Positions 1 to 8,697 of a DNA stretch of 64,000 nucleotides are shown here, in pieces; position 1 is the stretch's first letter; each line of letters opens with the position of its first letter. The notes beneath the pieces were generated by a model. The model did not search any database. It was not told where the DNA came from and saw nothing but the letters and a program-made list of their open reading frames with translations. Origin of the DNA: Candidatus Saccharimonadota bacterium (GTDB lineage: Bacteria; Patescibacteriota; Saccharimonadia; Saccharimonadales; SLHW01); contig JBJHDA010000002.1 of NCBI GenBank assembly GCA_050486305.1, positions 10,659 to 74,658 on the forward strand, in the 5' to 3' direction. Position numbers and translations under genes: made by a program.

Positions 1-848
1 TCAGTAAAGCCGCCACTACAGTTTGAGGAACTATGGGCGCCGCTAGGCGGATTATCGACGCTTATGCTTGGTATTGCAGCAAAATTTGGTTCTTCTGTTG
101 ATCCGATTCCGCAAACACCGGATTGCACCGGATTTTCAGAGTAAAGCTCCAGCGTGTTTAGTGCGTACCCCATTCTGTCGTCTAGTTCTTCACGGGCAGG
201 ATTGCCGGGCGGCGGAATTTCTGTAGTAGCCACGTATCCTCCATCAATAACCTTCCTTGGTCTTTCAAAGAATGTTAGAAATATCCAGGTAGCCTCTTGC
301 AAGGTCGATGTTTCCCGGAGTTGTTCGTATCCCCATGCCGGCTCAGTCTCTAGTTCATGCATCAGGAAAAGAAGCTGCAACTCAAGACTAAGAGGGTCAA
401 GCCCTAATTCATCAGCATAGTTTAGCCAGTTTTGTTGCCTGCCTGCGGTTGTCCACTGTGCTATACCAAACCCCCTATTGGGTGTTATTTCACTTGCTGA
501 CTCAATTGTTTGGATGCCAGAATCTCCTGGACGCTGTTGAGCCCTATTTGGCATAACAGCACTTTCTTTATATAGATTGCCGACAATGCCGGCAGATTGT
601 TCTGGGGTCAAGCCTTGCTCTCTAAAAAAATTAAATGCAACTTCAACTGCTTCGGAGCCGGAAAATGATGCATCTAGCCCAACCGAACAACTTAGGGCGA
701 CAGAGGAAACCTCTTTGTCAAAGAAATATATACCAGAGTCATATAACCGTTTCTGTTCCCCGGAAATTGCATACACTGACACCTGACCAGTGCCGATAAG
801 CACAACACTAATTAATATTGAAAAAATAAAATTTAGGTGTCGCCTCAT
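1..848 (-). CDS. Secreted peptidoglycan hydrolase, phage-tail-lysozyme-like (putative T4SS cell-wall hydrolase); partial, 3' end beyond window start
   Basis: Not in ORF track because it runs off the window. The minus-strand frame is open from ATG at 848..846 down to nt 3 (checked triplet by triplet; no TTA/CTA/TCA in the plus frame). Its ATG overlaps the TAA of the upstream gene (TAATG). Translation starts MRRHLNFIFSILISVVLIGTGQVSVYA (signal peptide). It continues ...GIVGNLYKESAV...GFGIAQWTTAGRQQNWLNYADELGLDP...QLLFLMHELETEPAWGYEQL...EATWIFLTFFERP, which matches the phage tail lysozyme family pattern (GIAQWT..R...L, QL.F...EL). Confidence 0.6.
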   Translation of the reverse strand, partial: MRRHLNFIFSILISVVLIGTGQVSVYAISGEQKRLYDSGIYFFDKEVSSVALSCSVGLDASFSGSEAVEVAFNFFREQGLTPEQSAGIVGNLYKESAVMPNRAQQRPGDSGIQTIESASEITPNRGFGIAQWTTAGRQQNWLNYADELGLDPLSLELQLLFLMHELETEPAWGYEQLRETSTLQEATWIFLTFFERPRKVIDGGYVATTEIPPPGNPAREELDDRMGYALNTLELYSENPVQSGVCGIGSTEEPNFAAIPSISVDNPPSGAHSSSNCSGGFT

Positions 849-3250
849 TAATTTAATCCTACGTCACCACAACTATCATTTCCTTCATAACAATCAATAG
901 ACGAGACTATCGAGTCATCATAGACAAATAACATTATCCTGATCCATGCCTCGTCATTCAGGTCACTGCAGTTTGCTTCAACATATTCATCTTCAAGGTG
1001 AACCACCTCGCTTACTGGGGTTGCTTGAAGAACCCCATTTACTCTTCTGATTTCTGCGCCGAAGCAGTCTCGTATCTTATCCTTATATCTATCTATATCT
1101 CCACTATCGTACAGTCTTTCTACCTCTAGTGCATTCCTGTATGGGTCCTCGTATCTTGGATCTTCCACGATTGATAAAGGAACACCAATCAAAGGAAAGC
1201 CCCAGTCATAATCAATAGGTTCAGCAGAAGCGGTAGGCATAAGGTTTGAAATAACAGTATAGGGAGCTTTTAGTAGGCCAGCCATAATACTTGCAACATT
1301 AGCACCCATACTTCTGGTATTTGTGGATTGTGCCACTCTGGCAATTAACGATCTTGGTTCGCTTACGTCAAAGATTCTATCTACGAGGCTCTTACTTCTA
1401 AAATTATTAAGCTCTTGCTCATCAAGCCTTGCCATCAGGTGTGCTTCTTCGCTAGTACTTAACTCCACGCCCCCCATAGAAGACAGTGTTGTGTTATGGG
1501 ATCCTCTAGCACCATATGCCATACAAGCACCAAACTTATTTGCATCTTCGACCCGGAGACCACCCTCCTCACCTTCGTCTACAAAGCCGCAAGCATCTGT
1601 TGCTCTTGCTGCTACCTCATCCTGAAGGAAGCTAGACGCCCAGCTCATAATCATTGAATGAACAGCAATCGACCCACCAACCTGAGCGCCTTTTGCGATA
1701 ACCCCGCCAGGCACCAAGAGTGAAAGTGCTCCACCTGCAAGTATCTGAAACCCATACCCTGCTGTACTACAGGCTACAGAAGAAAAACTATCACCCGCTC
1801 TTGCGAGTGCTTGTAGTTCAGGAATATCATCAAATAGCGTATCGGAAAGGATTTCTAAACTACTCCCCCTCATTTGAAACGCTTGCTTGAGTCCAGGGTC
1901 TGCTTCGGCACCCTGACCCTGACCACCATTCGTTAGCGCATCTAGGCTTTTACTTCCCCAGATGCTCCTTCCCGCATCATCACCAAATGATTCTTGTACT
2001 GCACCGATTTGATCCATAGTAAAGTTGCTACCAGATCTTAATTGTGACGAAACAGCCTTTTTGTCTAGGGCTTCTTCCATTGCTGGTTGCACAATAAGGC
2101 TATAGTTAAGTAGCGGAATAATATCCGCTATTTCACCCAAAAAACAAAGTTCACCAGTAAATGTAAGAGCGGCGTTTATGGAGGCCATTCTACCTCCGCC
2201 GATCTTGTCCCTCAAAGAATCCCTTGCGTTTACATACCGTGCACTCAGTTGTGCTACTCTGCCGGTTCGGGTTTTTCGATTACGCTCTAAAATACGTTGT
2301 GCCCTGACATCATATCTTTCTTGAGCAGACGCAGCTGACCGCTGTAGAGGATGAAATAATGACGGCGCATTCCAGAATTTTCCTATTACCCGATAACGTA
2401 ACGAGAGTATCATGGGGGTACTAACCATATTATTTGAGGCCGTGTCCAGTCGGACTAAGCCGGCAATAATGTTTCCTCTTAATTGGGTCTGACCTACTCC
2501 TTCAATGTTTATGAATGCCCCGGCGCCGGGTCCTGTTCCGCTTAAGCCACGTATCGAGTTTTCTGGTATACCAAGGTGTCTGGCGATATTTGCTCTTGTT
2601 TCATCTGGAGTTGCGCCGCGCAAGGCCGAGCCCTCTGGCGGATCAATAAATATACGGGTTGGCCGTCCAGAAGAATCTCTTCTGTCAAAATTAATACCAT
2701 GCTGAGACGCAAGTCTATCGTTTATGCCATGAAAGACTCTACTACCAACAATACCAACTCTCGTCTCCCCTATATCGCCCGTAGAATATGCTCTCGCCAT
2801 CCTAGTAAAGCCATGATTTATTCTACTCTCGGCTACTAGACCACTAGATCTATTGAACCGATTAAGTGCAAAATCAAGCTGCAAAAACTCCAATGGTCCT
2901 GATATTAGGGTTAGCAAGCCGATAATCGCACCAATCGTGATACCACCGGAAGTGCCAGCAACAATCAGCCGCTTGCGCTTTTTTTTAGATTTTCCTTCTC
3001 TTGCAGTACTATCTGAGCCTGTTTTCCAAAATCCAGCATTATCACCTGCTTGCTGTTCTTTTGATTCTAGTCTCGTACTGTCGAGCGGCTCGTTTTTTGA
3101 TTCAGCTGTGTGACTCTTTTCCGAGTTATTGTGATTTTCAGGGTTGCTTACCTTGTCTTTGTTGCCTAAAGAAGCTCCCCTAGGTCTGTCAGCCGAGCGC
3201 TCATCATCATAAACGCCAGTTTCTTTTTCTTTTAGGTCTTGTATTGACAT
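848..3250 (-). CDS. Hypothetical membrane-anchored protein (800 aa), T4SS-operon member; basic N-terminal cytoplasmic segment, single TM, large extracytoplasmic region
   Basis: ORF track. TM helix LIVAGTSGGITIGAIIGLLTLISG follows a KKKRKR stretch. No Walker motifs, so not VirD4. Stop overlaps the start of the downstream hydrolase; start lies 14 nt after the virB4 stop. Confidence 0.4.
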   Translation of the reverse strand: MSIQDLKEKETGVYDDERSADRPRGASLGNKDKVSNPENHNNSEKSHTAESKNEPLDSTRLESKEQQAGDNAGFWKTGSDSTAREGKSKKKRKRLIVAGTSGGITIGAIIGLLTLISGPLEFLQLDFALNRFNRSSGLVAESRINHGFTRMARAYSTGDIGETRVGIVGSRVFHGINDRLASQHGINFDRRDSSGRPTRIFIDPPEGSALRGATPDETRANIARHLGIPENSIRGLSGTGPGAGAFINIEGVGQTQLRGNIIAGLVRLDTASNNMVSTPMILSLRYRVIGKFWNAPSLFHPLQRSAASAQERYDVRAQRILERNRKTRTGRVAQLSARYVNARDSLRDKIGGGRMASINAALTFTGELCFLGEIADIIPLLNYSLIVQPAMEEALDKKAVSSQLRSGSNFTMDQIGAVQESFGDDAGRSIWGSKSLDALTNGGQGQGAEADPGLKQAFQMRGSSLEILSDTLFDDIPELQALARAGDSFSSVACSTAGYGFQILAGGALSLLVPGGVIAKGAQVGGSIAVHSMIMSWASSFLQDEVAARATDACGFVDEGEEGGLRVEDANKFGACMAYGARGSHNTTLSSMGGVELSTSEEAHLMARLDEQELNNFRSKSLVDRIFDVSEPRSLIARVAQSTNTRSMGANVASIMAGLLKAPYTVISNLMPTASAEPIDYDWGFPLIGVPLSIVEDPRYEDPYRNALEVERLYDSGDIDRYKDKIRDCFGAEIRRVNGVLQATPVSEVVHLEDEYVEANCSDLNDEAWIRIMLFVYDDSIVSSIDCYEGNDSCGDVGLN

Positions 3251-3263
3251 AATTTACTCACGA

Positions 3264-5186
3264 TTATACACCTGGTGACAGCCGATTATTTAAGTCAACG
3301 GTACCCTGTGTTCCCTGCATTTCGCCAGTTTGTTCTATTTGTCTTATTTGCTCAGGGTTTGTCGTGATAAGTCCGGTTTCTGTTGGGCTAGCTACAATCT
3401 GAATGTGCACGTGATTTGAGCCAGCGAAAAAGAGGCCCTGCCCAACCGGGAACTGACTGAGGCGCTTTTTCTCTTCACTGGTGAGCTTGAATACATCAGA
3501 TAACACATCGACAGCAGATGCCGATTGCTTAAGCAGAACCTGCATGGACGCATTTGCAACGATTGCTCTTCCCATACGAGACCCCATAAAATCTTCCACA
3601 TCCTGAGTAATAGTGGTGATGCCAAGGTTATATTTTCGGGCGCGCTTGGCAAGGCTAAAGAGGAAGTTTGCAGAATCTTCATATTTCATGAGTTGCCACG
3701 CCTCATCAACTACGAGCATGCGCCTCTTTTTATCAACCTTGGTTTTGTTCCATATAAAGTTTAGGACGATATACATGGCAACTGGCCGCAACTCATCCTC
3801 AAGATCGCGAATATTAAACACAACCATCGGATTATTTATGTTTACGTTGGATTGCTGGGAGAAAATGCCAGCAAAAGTACCAGTGGTGTATTTGCGAAGC
3901 CGTTGGGCAAGCTGAGGACCGAATCCCCCCATGTGTAATAGGGTGTCGTATAGGTCATTGATTGTCGGCGGGGTGGATTTATGGGTAAGCGGATCGTTTG
4001 TGATGCCTGCCTTGGAATATGTCTCAATAAGAGCTGCATCAAGGTCAGCTTCTTCTGCTGGTGTGAGCGCTGGCACGGTCGTGTTGCTTCCGCCACTCAT
4101 CTGAGCTTGTGCGCCGCCCATCATAAGCCGAAGCAGCCCGTGCAGGGTAATAAGGTTACTGCGTAGTGCGTCATCAGCCTCTTCGGTGTCGACCACCTCA
4201 GGTAAATCAAAAGGATTAATGCGCGTTGCTGAATTCAAGCTCAGGTGTACGTAGGCGCCACCGACTGCTTCTGCCATACGTTGATATTCATTTTCTGGGT
4301 CTATGATAAATACCTCAGTGCCTAGCATCATGCTGCGCAGCGCTTCAAGCTTCACAGTGAATGATTTACCAGCACCAGACTTGGCAAATACAACAGAGTT
4401 ACCGTTTTCGAGTGAGAAGCGGTCAAATATAACCAAGCCAGAGTTATGCATATTTATCCCATATAAAATGCCGTTTTCTTGCGTGAGGTCTGCAGACGTG
4501 AATGGAAAGCTTGTAGATAGTGCGCCAGTACTAAAGTTTCGCCGAATTTGCAGCTTGTCAGTAAATTGAGGTACGGTGCTATTTAGGCCTTGTTCTTGTT
4601 GTGAGGTTGCCGGCTTGGAGTAGACGAGCTGCTGGCCGAGCATAGACTCTACCTTGTGTGACACATATTCGAGCTCATCAAGCGATGAGCCATAAATCGT
4701 GAAGTAAAGGCCAAAGCGGAAAAAGCGTTCTTCTCCGACCTGCAGTTTGTCTCGCATTTCTTCTGCGTCAAGAATGGCCGCCTGCTTGCCCGGATCCCTT
4801 ACTCGGCCCTTTTCTGCTTCTATTTGGATGCCCGCCTCGAGCTGGCCGACTTTTTTACGAAGGCTCTCTAGCACTACCTGGCTTTCAACCGGGTAGATGA
4901 ACATAGACATATCCATAACCTCATCAAGGTTTATCATGCTGCTGAGCCAGCCCGTGTATATTTGCCTCGGATAGCCGTATATGTAATACGTTCTCGCATA
5001 CCGTGTGCCAATTTGGAAGTGGGTAGCGCCGAACTCTATGGAGCTTGGCGCGATGAAATCGCGTAAGGCTGTGACGCCTTTTTGAAAAGCTGCGTTGACT
5101 TCTGCTTCTTCCTTCAGTCTCTGCTGTTGAGCGAGCGCTACTGGATCTGCCTGCTGGGCTGGTTGCTTCTTTTTCCGTAAACCCAT
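3264..5186 (-). CDS. virB4: VirB4/TrbE/PrgJ-family T4SS ATPase, C-terminal (ATPase) portion of a split gene
   Basis: Walker A is GAGKS in VFAKSGAGKSFTVK. Walker B is LVVDEAWQL. Other conserved VirB4 blocks are YIYGYPRQIYTGWLS and NLGITTITQDVEDF. Start ATG overlaps the stop of the upstream ORF (TAATG). Confidence 0.85.
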   Translation of the reverse strand: MGLRKKKQPAQQADPVALAQQQRLKEEAEVNAAFQKGVTALRDFIAPSSIEFGATHFQIGTRYARTYYIYGYPRQIYTGWLSSMINLDEVMDMSMFIYPVESQVVLESLRKKVGQLEAGIQIEAEKGRVRDPGKQAAILDAEEMRDKLQVGEERFFRFGLYFTIYGSSLDELEYVSHKVESMLGQQLVYSKPATSQQEQGLNSTVPQFTDKLQIRRNFSTGALSTSFPFTSADLTQENGILYGINMHNSGLVIFDRFSLENGNSVVFAKSGAGKSFTVKLEALRSMMLGTEVFIIDPENEYQRMAEAVGGAYVHLSLNSATRINPFDLPEVVDTEEADDALRSNLITLHGLLRLMMGGAQAQMSGGSNTTVPALTPAEEADLDAALIETYSKAGITNDPLTHKSTPPTINDLYDTLLHMGGFGPQLAQRLRKYTTGTFAGIFSQQSNVNINNPMVVFNIRDLEDELRPVAMYIVLNFIWNKTKVDKKRRMLVVDEAWQLMKYEDSANFLFSLAKRARKYNLGITTITQDVEDFMGSRMGRAIVANASMQVLLKQSASAVDVLSDVFKLTSEEKKRLSQFPVGQGLFFAGSNHVHIQIVASPTETGLITTNPEQIRQIEQTGEMQGTQGTVDLNNRLSPGV

Positions 5187-6142
5187 TACTGCAGCTCCTT
5201 ATTAAGGTTTGGTTGGTTCGCTGTTCCTTGGCCTTTTGTAACGACTGGCGCTGTAAGATCATGAAAGTTCTTTAATTGCTGCCTGGTTGCTGTATCAGGA
5301 TTATAGGTGTCGTAGTAGAGCTCAATCAGCTCCTGTGTGTCTAGTGGCAATCCGGCGACACCACAGTCTTGTAGTCCACCAAGTACGGCCTGAACACGGT
5401 TTCTGAGCTCGTCTTTTGCAGCGTTCAGGTCTGACTCGTTTACTACTACGTGCTGTTCTTTTTCTCCAGCAATACTGCTTTTTATTCCCTCAAAGAAGCC
5501 CTTGCTTGATTCGACCGCACCTCTAACGCTAGCTTTTGAATAGTAAGGTATGACAACGTAAAACTTTTTATCCATAATATTGGTCTGCATAACAAGGTTC
5601 TCAATAAAGCCCAGGTAGTCGTCCATTAGCAGTGCGAGCAGCATATTGTCGTGCTCGGTCCGTATTTTATCGAGCTTTTCTATGTAGGGTCGCATATCAA
5701 CTTTTTGCGACCGGACAAAAATCTGCACATCAAAATACAGGGAATTCAAGAAGCCTTGGTAGGCAAACTCGACGCCTTCGCGTTCTTGTGGGCTCATAAG
5801 GTCGAAGTTGATGGACTTGAGCATGACGACACTCCGAAATGATCCGTCGTTCATAATAACGATACCATCACGTATCTCGGCAATTTGTAGTGTGTTTTGC
5901 GTGCTATTAGGGTTGGATTTTGTCTGTACTCTTGGCTGCTGCCCAATATTTTGTGGTGGCGCTGCACCAGGTGGAACATAGTTGCCAGTTCCAGCAACAG
6001 CCGGCTGAGCCCCGTAGGAGCCATACGGGCTTGCAGGGGCTTGTTGTTGACCTGCTGGTTGTGTTGATCCTGGTTGTGCTTGTGGCTGCCCTTGTGGCGT
6101 CTGGTAATTTTGTGTGTTTGGGTTCATGTACGAAACGCCCAC
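5186..6142 (-). CDS. VirB4 N-terminal domain protein (split virB4, first cistron) with Gln/Pro-rich low-complexity N-terminal extension
   Basis: After ~100 aa of Q/P-rich sequence comes IRDGIVIMNDGSFRSVVMLKSINFDLMSPQEREGVEFAYQGFLNSL. This is typical of the N-terminal region of PrgJ/TrsE-type VirB4 proteins (ikdGii..dGs..kvl.i.piNf). The TAA stop overlaps the ATG of the ATPase cistron. Confidence 0.55.
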   Translation of the reverse strand: MGVSYMNPNTQNYQTPQGQPQAQPGSTQPAGQQQAPASPYGSYGAQPAVAGTGNYVPPGAAPPQNIGQQPRVQTKSNPNSTQNTLQIAEIRDGIVIMNDGSFRSVVMLKSINFDLMSPQEREGVEFAYQGFLNSLYFDVQIFVRSQKVDMRPYIEKLDKIRTEHDNMLLALLMDDYLGFIENLVMQTNIMDKKFYVVIPYYSKASVRGAVESSKGFFEGIKSSIAGEKEQHVVVNESDLNAAKDELRNRVQAVLGGLQDCGVAGLPLDTQELIELYYDTYNPDTATRQQLKNFHDLTAPVVTKGQGTANQPNLNKELQ

Positions 6143-6167
6143 CTTTTGCTAACTACTATAAAAAAAA

Positions 6168-7382
6168 TTAATGAAGCGATACTATCACCTCGTCAGTCGA
6201 TGAACCGTCACCCGTTTTTTTGTTTGCTTGACGAGCAATCGTCTCAACGCTGAGATCATCGTTGTGTGCAAAGTTTAGTATATCAGCATTAGCGGATTGA
6301 TTTCCAGCTGTTTTATCTGTTGGAGCGTCTTTTTTGCTTTGTGTCTCTATGTTGTTTTGCGAGCTTTGCTCTGCCGTTTGTTCAGATAAGGGTTTAATTG
6401 TCTTAAGGTGGCTGTTCATCGGGTTAGGTTTTTTTTGGTTTTCATGAATTTTATCCAGTGCCGCTTGTTCTTCTGGAGTTAATTTGCTGTCAGATTTGGC
6501 CGGAGTGGGGCGTGCTGCTTGCCCTGGCGTCACAATAGGCGCTGCTTCAAATGTAGCGGTCCCGGGTGTCGTTGGGGCATGTGGCTGTCTCATGAACCAA
6601 TAGTCATTTTTTTGCTGCTGAGCTGGTTCGTCCGGTGTTGCTGTGGTAGCTTGTGATTGCTGAAGCTGCGAGACGATCTGCTGCTTGTGTTGCTGGGAAG
6701 ACTGCTCGATCATTTTCTCAAAATGTTGAGCGGTTGGGTTGTTCTGTTCATCATAAATATCATCATCAGGCTTTATGTCATATTCTGCTACCTGTTGAGG
6801 AGTAGAGGTGGGGTCTATCAGTCTATCTGACTGCCTGCTTGGGGTGAAGCTTTGGGAATTTAGGTTTACATTTACGTTTTTTACTGCCCAGCCACGGCTG
6901 TCAATCGTGTCAGCGAGTGCTCGAAGCCGACTTTTAACCTCGGTGTTGCTTAGTCCATCAGTATAGATTTTTTCTTCATGCTTTGGGACGGTTACCGTAA
7001 CAAGCTCTTTTATGCCGTCCTGGTCCCATATACGTCGCCTCGGGCGGAAGTAAAATCGGAGCTTTGCCATCATCCAAACTTCAGTCGGCTGATCTTTACT
7101 CCAGGGGAACGCCAATAAGCCAAAAAATAGCGTAGGAGGTAAGAAAACAACAAGGAGAAAAACTAACCCATTAATGACTGACCAGAATGAAAGATATCCT
7201 GTCACCATGGTAATGCAGGCAAAAATGAACTGCTTAAGTGTGAGGGGTCCGAAAAGCTTGTCTTCCGCCTCGATATCTTGAATTACTTTATACTGGCCCA
7301 TGATTAACCCAAGTATAAAATAGAAAGCAGAAAGTATAAAGCTTACGCTGCCCGATGTGTTCGTTTGGTAAAGCAAATTCAC
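6168..7382 (-). CDS. PrgI/VirB3-like T4SS membrane protein with ~270-aa Gln/Thr-rich disordered C-terminal tail
   Basis: N-terminal 2-3 TM helices carry the pattern FGPLTLKQFIF...KDQPTEVWMMAKLRFYFRPRRRIW, resembling the PrgI family (VirB3 analogue). It sits directly upstream of virB4, as in prgI-prgJ. Confidence 0.5.
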   Translation of the reverse strand: MNLLYQTNTSGSVSFILSAFYFILGLIMGQYKVIQDIEAEDKLFGPLTLKQFIFACITMVTGYLSFWSVINGLVFLLVVFLPPTLFFGLLAFPWSKDQPTEVWMMAKLRFYFRPRRRIWDQDGIKELVTVTVPKHEEKIYTDGLSNTEVKSRLRALADTIDSRGWAVKNVNVNLNSQSFTPSRQSDRLIDPTSTPQQVAEYDIKPDDDIYDEQNNPTAQHFEKMIEQSSQQHKQQIVSQLQQSQATTATPDEPAQQQKNDYWFMRQPHAPTTPGTATFEAAPIVTPGQAARPTPAKSDSKLTPEEQAALDKIHENQKKPNPMNSHLKTIKPLSEQTAEQSSQNNIETQSKKDAPTDKTAGNQSANADILNFAHNDDLSVETIARQANKKTGDGSSTDEVIVSLH

Positions 7383-7499
7383 AGAATACTGACAATGGAC
7401 CCCCTAATAAGGTAATAATTCTATGATCTTGCGGCAGCTCTAAGAACAGCAACTGAGCGATGTAGCTAAAACCTGAACCAAAGGTTTAAGGTGAGGCGC

Positions 7500-8657
7500 T
7501 TAGCTTAATCGGCTTATTAATGCTTGGACTTGTGGGTCTGCTGATGTCCTAATCTCGTCATGGAGATTCTTAATGGTGGCGTAGTCACGGTGTGTTGTGT
7601 CAGGAGCACCAGTAGCATCCTTAGGAATAGCAGGGATTTGGAGTCCTTGAGCTGTTGGACCACCCATTGCGTTTAGCTCTCCGAGGCGTTTCGCGACTTC
7701 TACACGATGAGCGTCTGACACCGATGCTGCTTCTGCCCAAGATTTAGCATCGCTGCCGGCAACCTTGCCAAGCTGTTCTGTTATCATAGCGTTTGCTCTT
7801 GCCTGCTTCATGTCTGCGCCCTCGCTTGGCACGTTTTTGTAACCGGCATTGAGTCCGGTCAGTGCGCCATAGGCGCTTGAGTTTCCGAGCGCTGATCCGT
7901 ATAGCTGTGTCGCTTTCACACCTTCATCGCCAGACAGGGTAGCAATATGCTCTTGAACACCATTAATTTGATCAACCGCTTTATTCTGAGCAAGGTAAGT
8001 TAACGTTCCGGTTACCTGAGACTGTGTAGCGGTTCCAGCTGAAAGATCTTTGTTTAATTGCTCTTGTACAAAATTCAAAGCTTCTTTGCGTGCCGCCCCG
8101 GGGTCTTTTTCATATTTTGCGCCTGCTGCCGTTAGCTCATTAAACTTCACCGTATATTGCATATCCGCATTAATAGTACCTGCAGACGCTTGAATATTTG
8201 CTGCTTGTTCTGTTAAGTGGCCGGCCTGCACCCTTGGGTCATTTTGTGCTTTCTTAGAAGCATAAAAGGCGTTATCAAACTCTGACCAGTTGTCGCTCCC
8301 CGACTCCGGGATGTTCACACCCGGTATACTGTTAGCGCCAACCCTTCTCAGGCCTTTACGGGTTCCTCTCTTTGCTCTTCCAACCGTTGCATCTTTCGCC
8401 TGATGAACATTCCCCCACCGTTGCGCGCCTTTCATCTGTGCTTTTTGCGCCCTTAGCTCATCCTTAGAAGCTCGTCCCCAAGCCCTTCTTTGTTGGCCGG
8501 GCGCCCGCATCTTGCCAGAGAGCGCCTTTATTGGGCCAGTACCCATACCTACAATATTCCTAAATACACCCATAGTTGCCATAAAGACTAGAGGTGCAGC
8601 CAAATAGCCTCCCGCCCATAAAATGATCACCGCCAATACTCTTACTATATCGTCCAT
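7500..8657 (-). CDS. Hypothetical membrane protein, Ala/Gln-rich coiled region (T4SS operon)
   Basis: ORF track lists 7500..8723. The first 22 codons overlap the VirB6-like gene, so the start is more likely the Met at 8657 (MDDIVRVLAVIILWAGGYLAAPLVF TM helix). Confidence 0.4.
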   Translation of the reverse strand: MDDIVRVLAVIILWAGGYLAAPLVFMATMGVFRNIVGMGTGPIKALSGKMRAPGQQRRAWGRASKDELRAQKAQMKGAQRWGNVHQAKDATVGRAKRGTRKGLRRVGANSIPGVNIPESGSDNWSEFDNAFYASKKAQNDPRVQAGHLTEQAANIQASAGTINADMQYTVKFNELTAAGAKYEKDPGAARKEALNFVQEQLNKDLSAGTATQSQVTGTLTYLAQNKAVDQINGVQEHIATLSGDEGVKATQLYGSALGNSSAYGALTGLNAGYKNVPSEGADMKQARANAMITEQLGKVAGSDAKSWAEAASVSDAHRVEVAKRLGELNAMGGPTAQGLQIPAIPKDATGAPDTTHRDYATIKNLHDEIRTSADPQVQALISRLS

Positions 8658-8697
8658 ATTCCTAGCTCCATGCAGAACGCTATTTTTGTATGTAAAT

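Noticed and set aside
848-3250. 800-aa protein as the missing VirD4 coupling protein or VirB11 ATPase
   Set aside because: It has no Walker A or B motifs and only one TM helix with a large extracytoplasmic domain. The topology and sequence do not fit a coupling ATPase.
5180-5190. Frameshift or sequencing error as explanation for split virB4
   Set aside because: The junction is a clean TAATG stop-start overlap, identical in form to the junction at 848, not a homopolymer run. A genuine two-cistron arrangement is favoured, but read-level confirmation is still advised.
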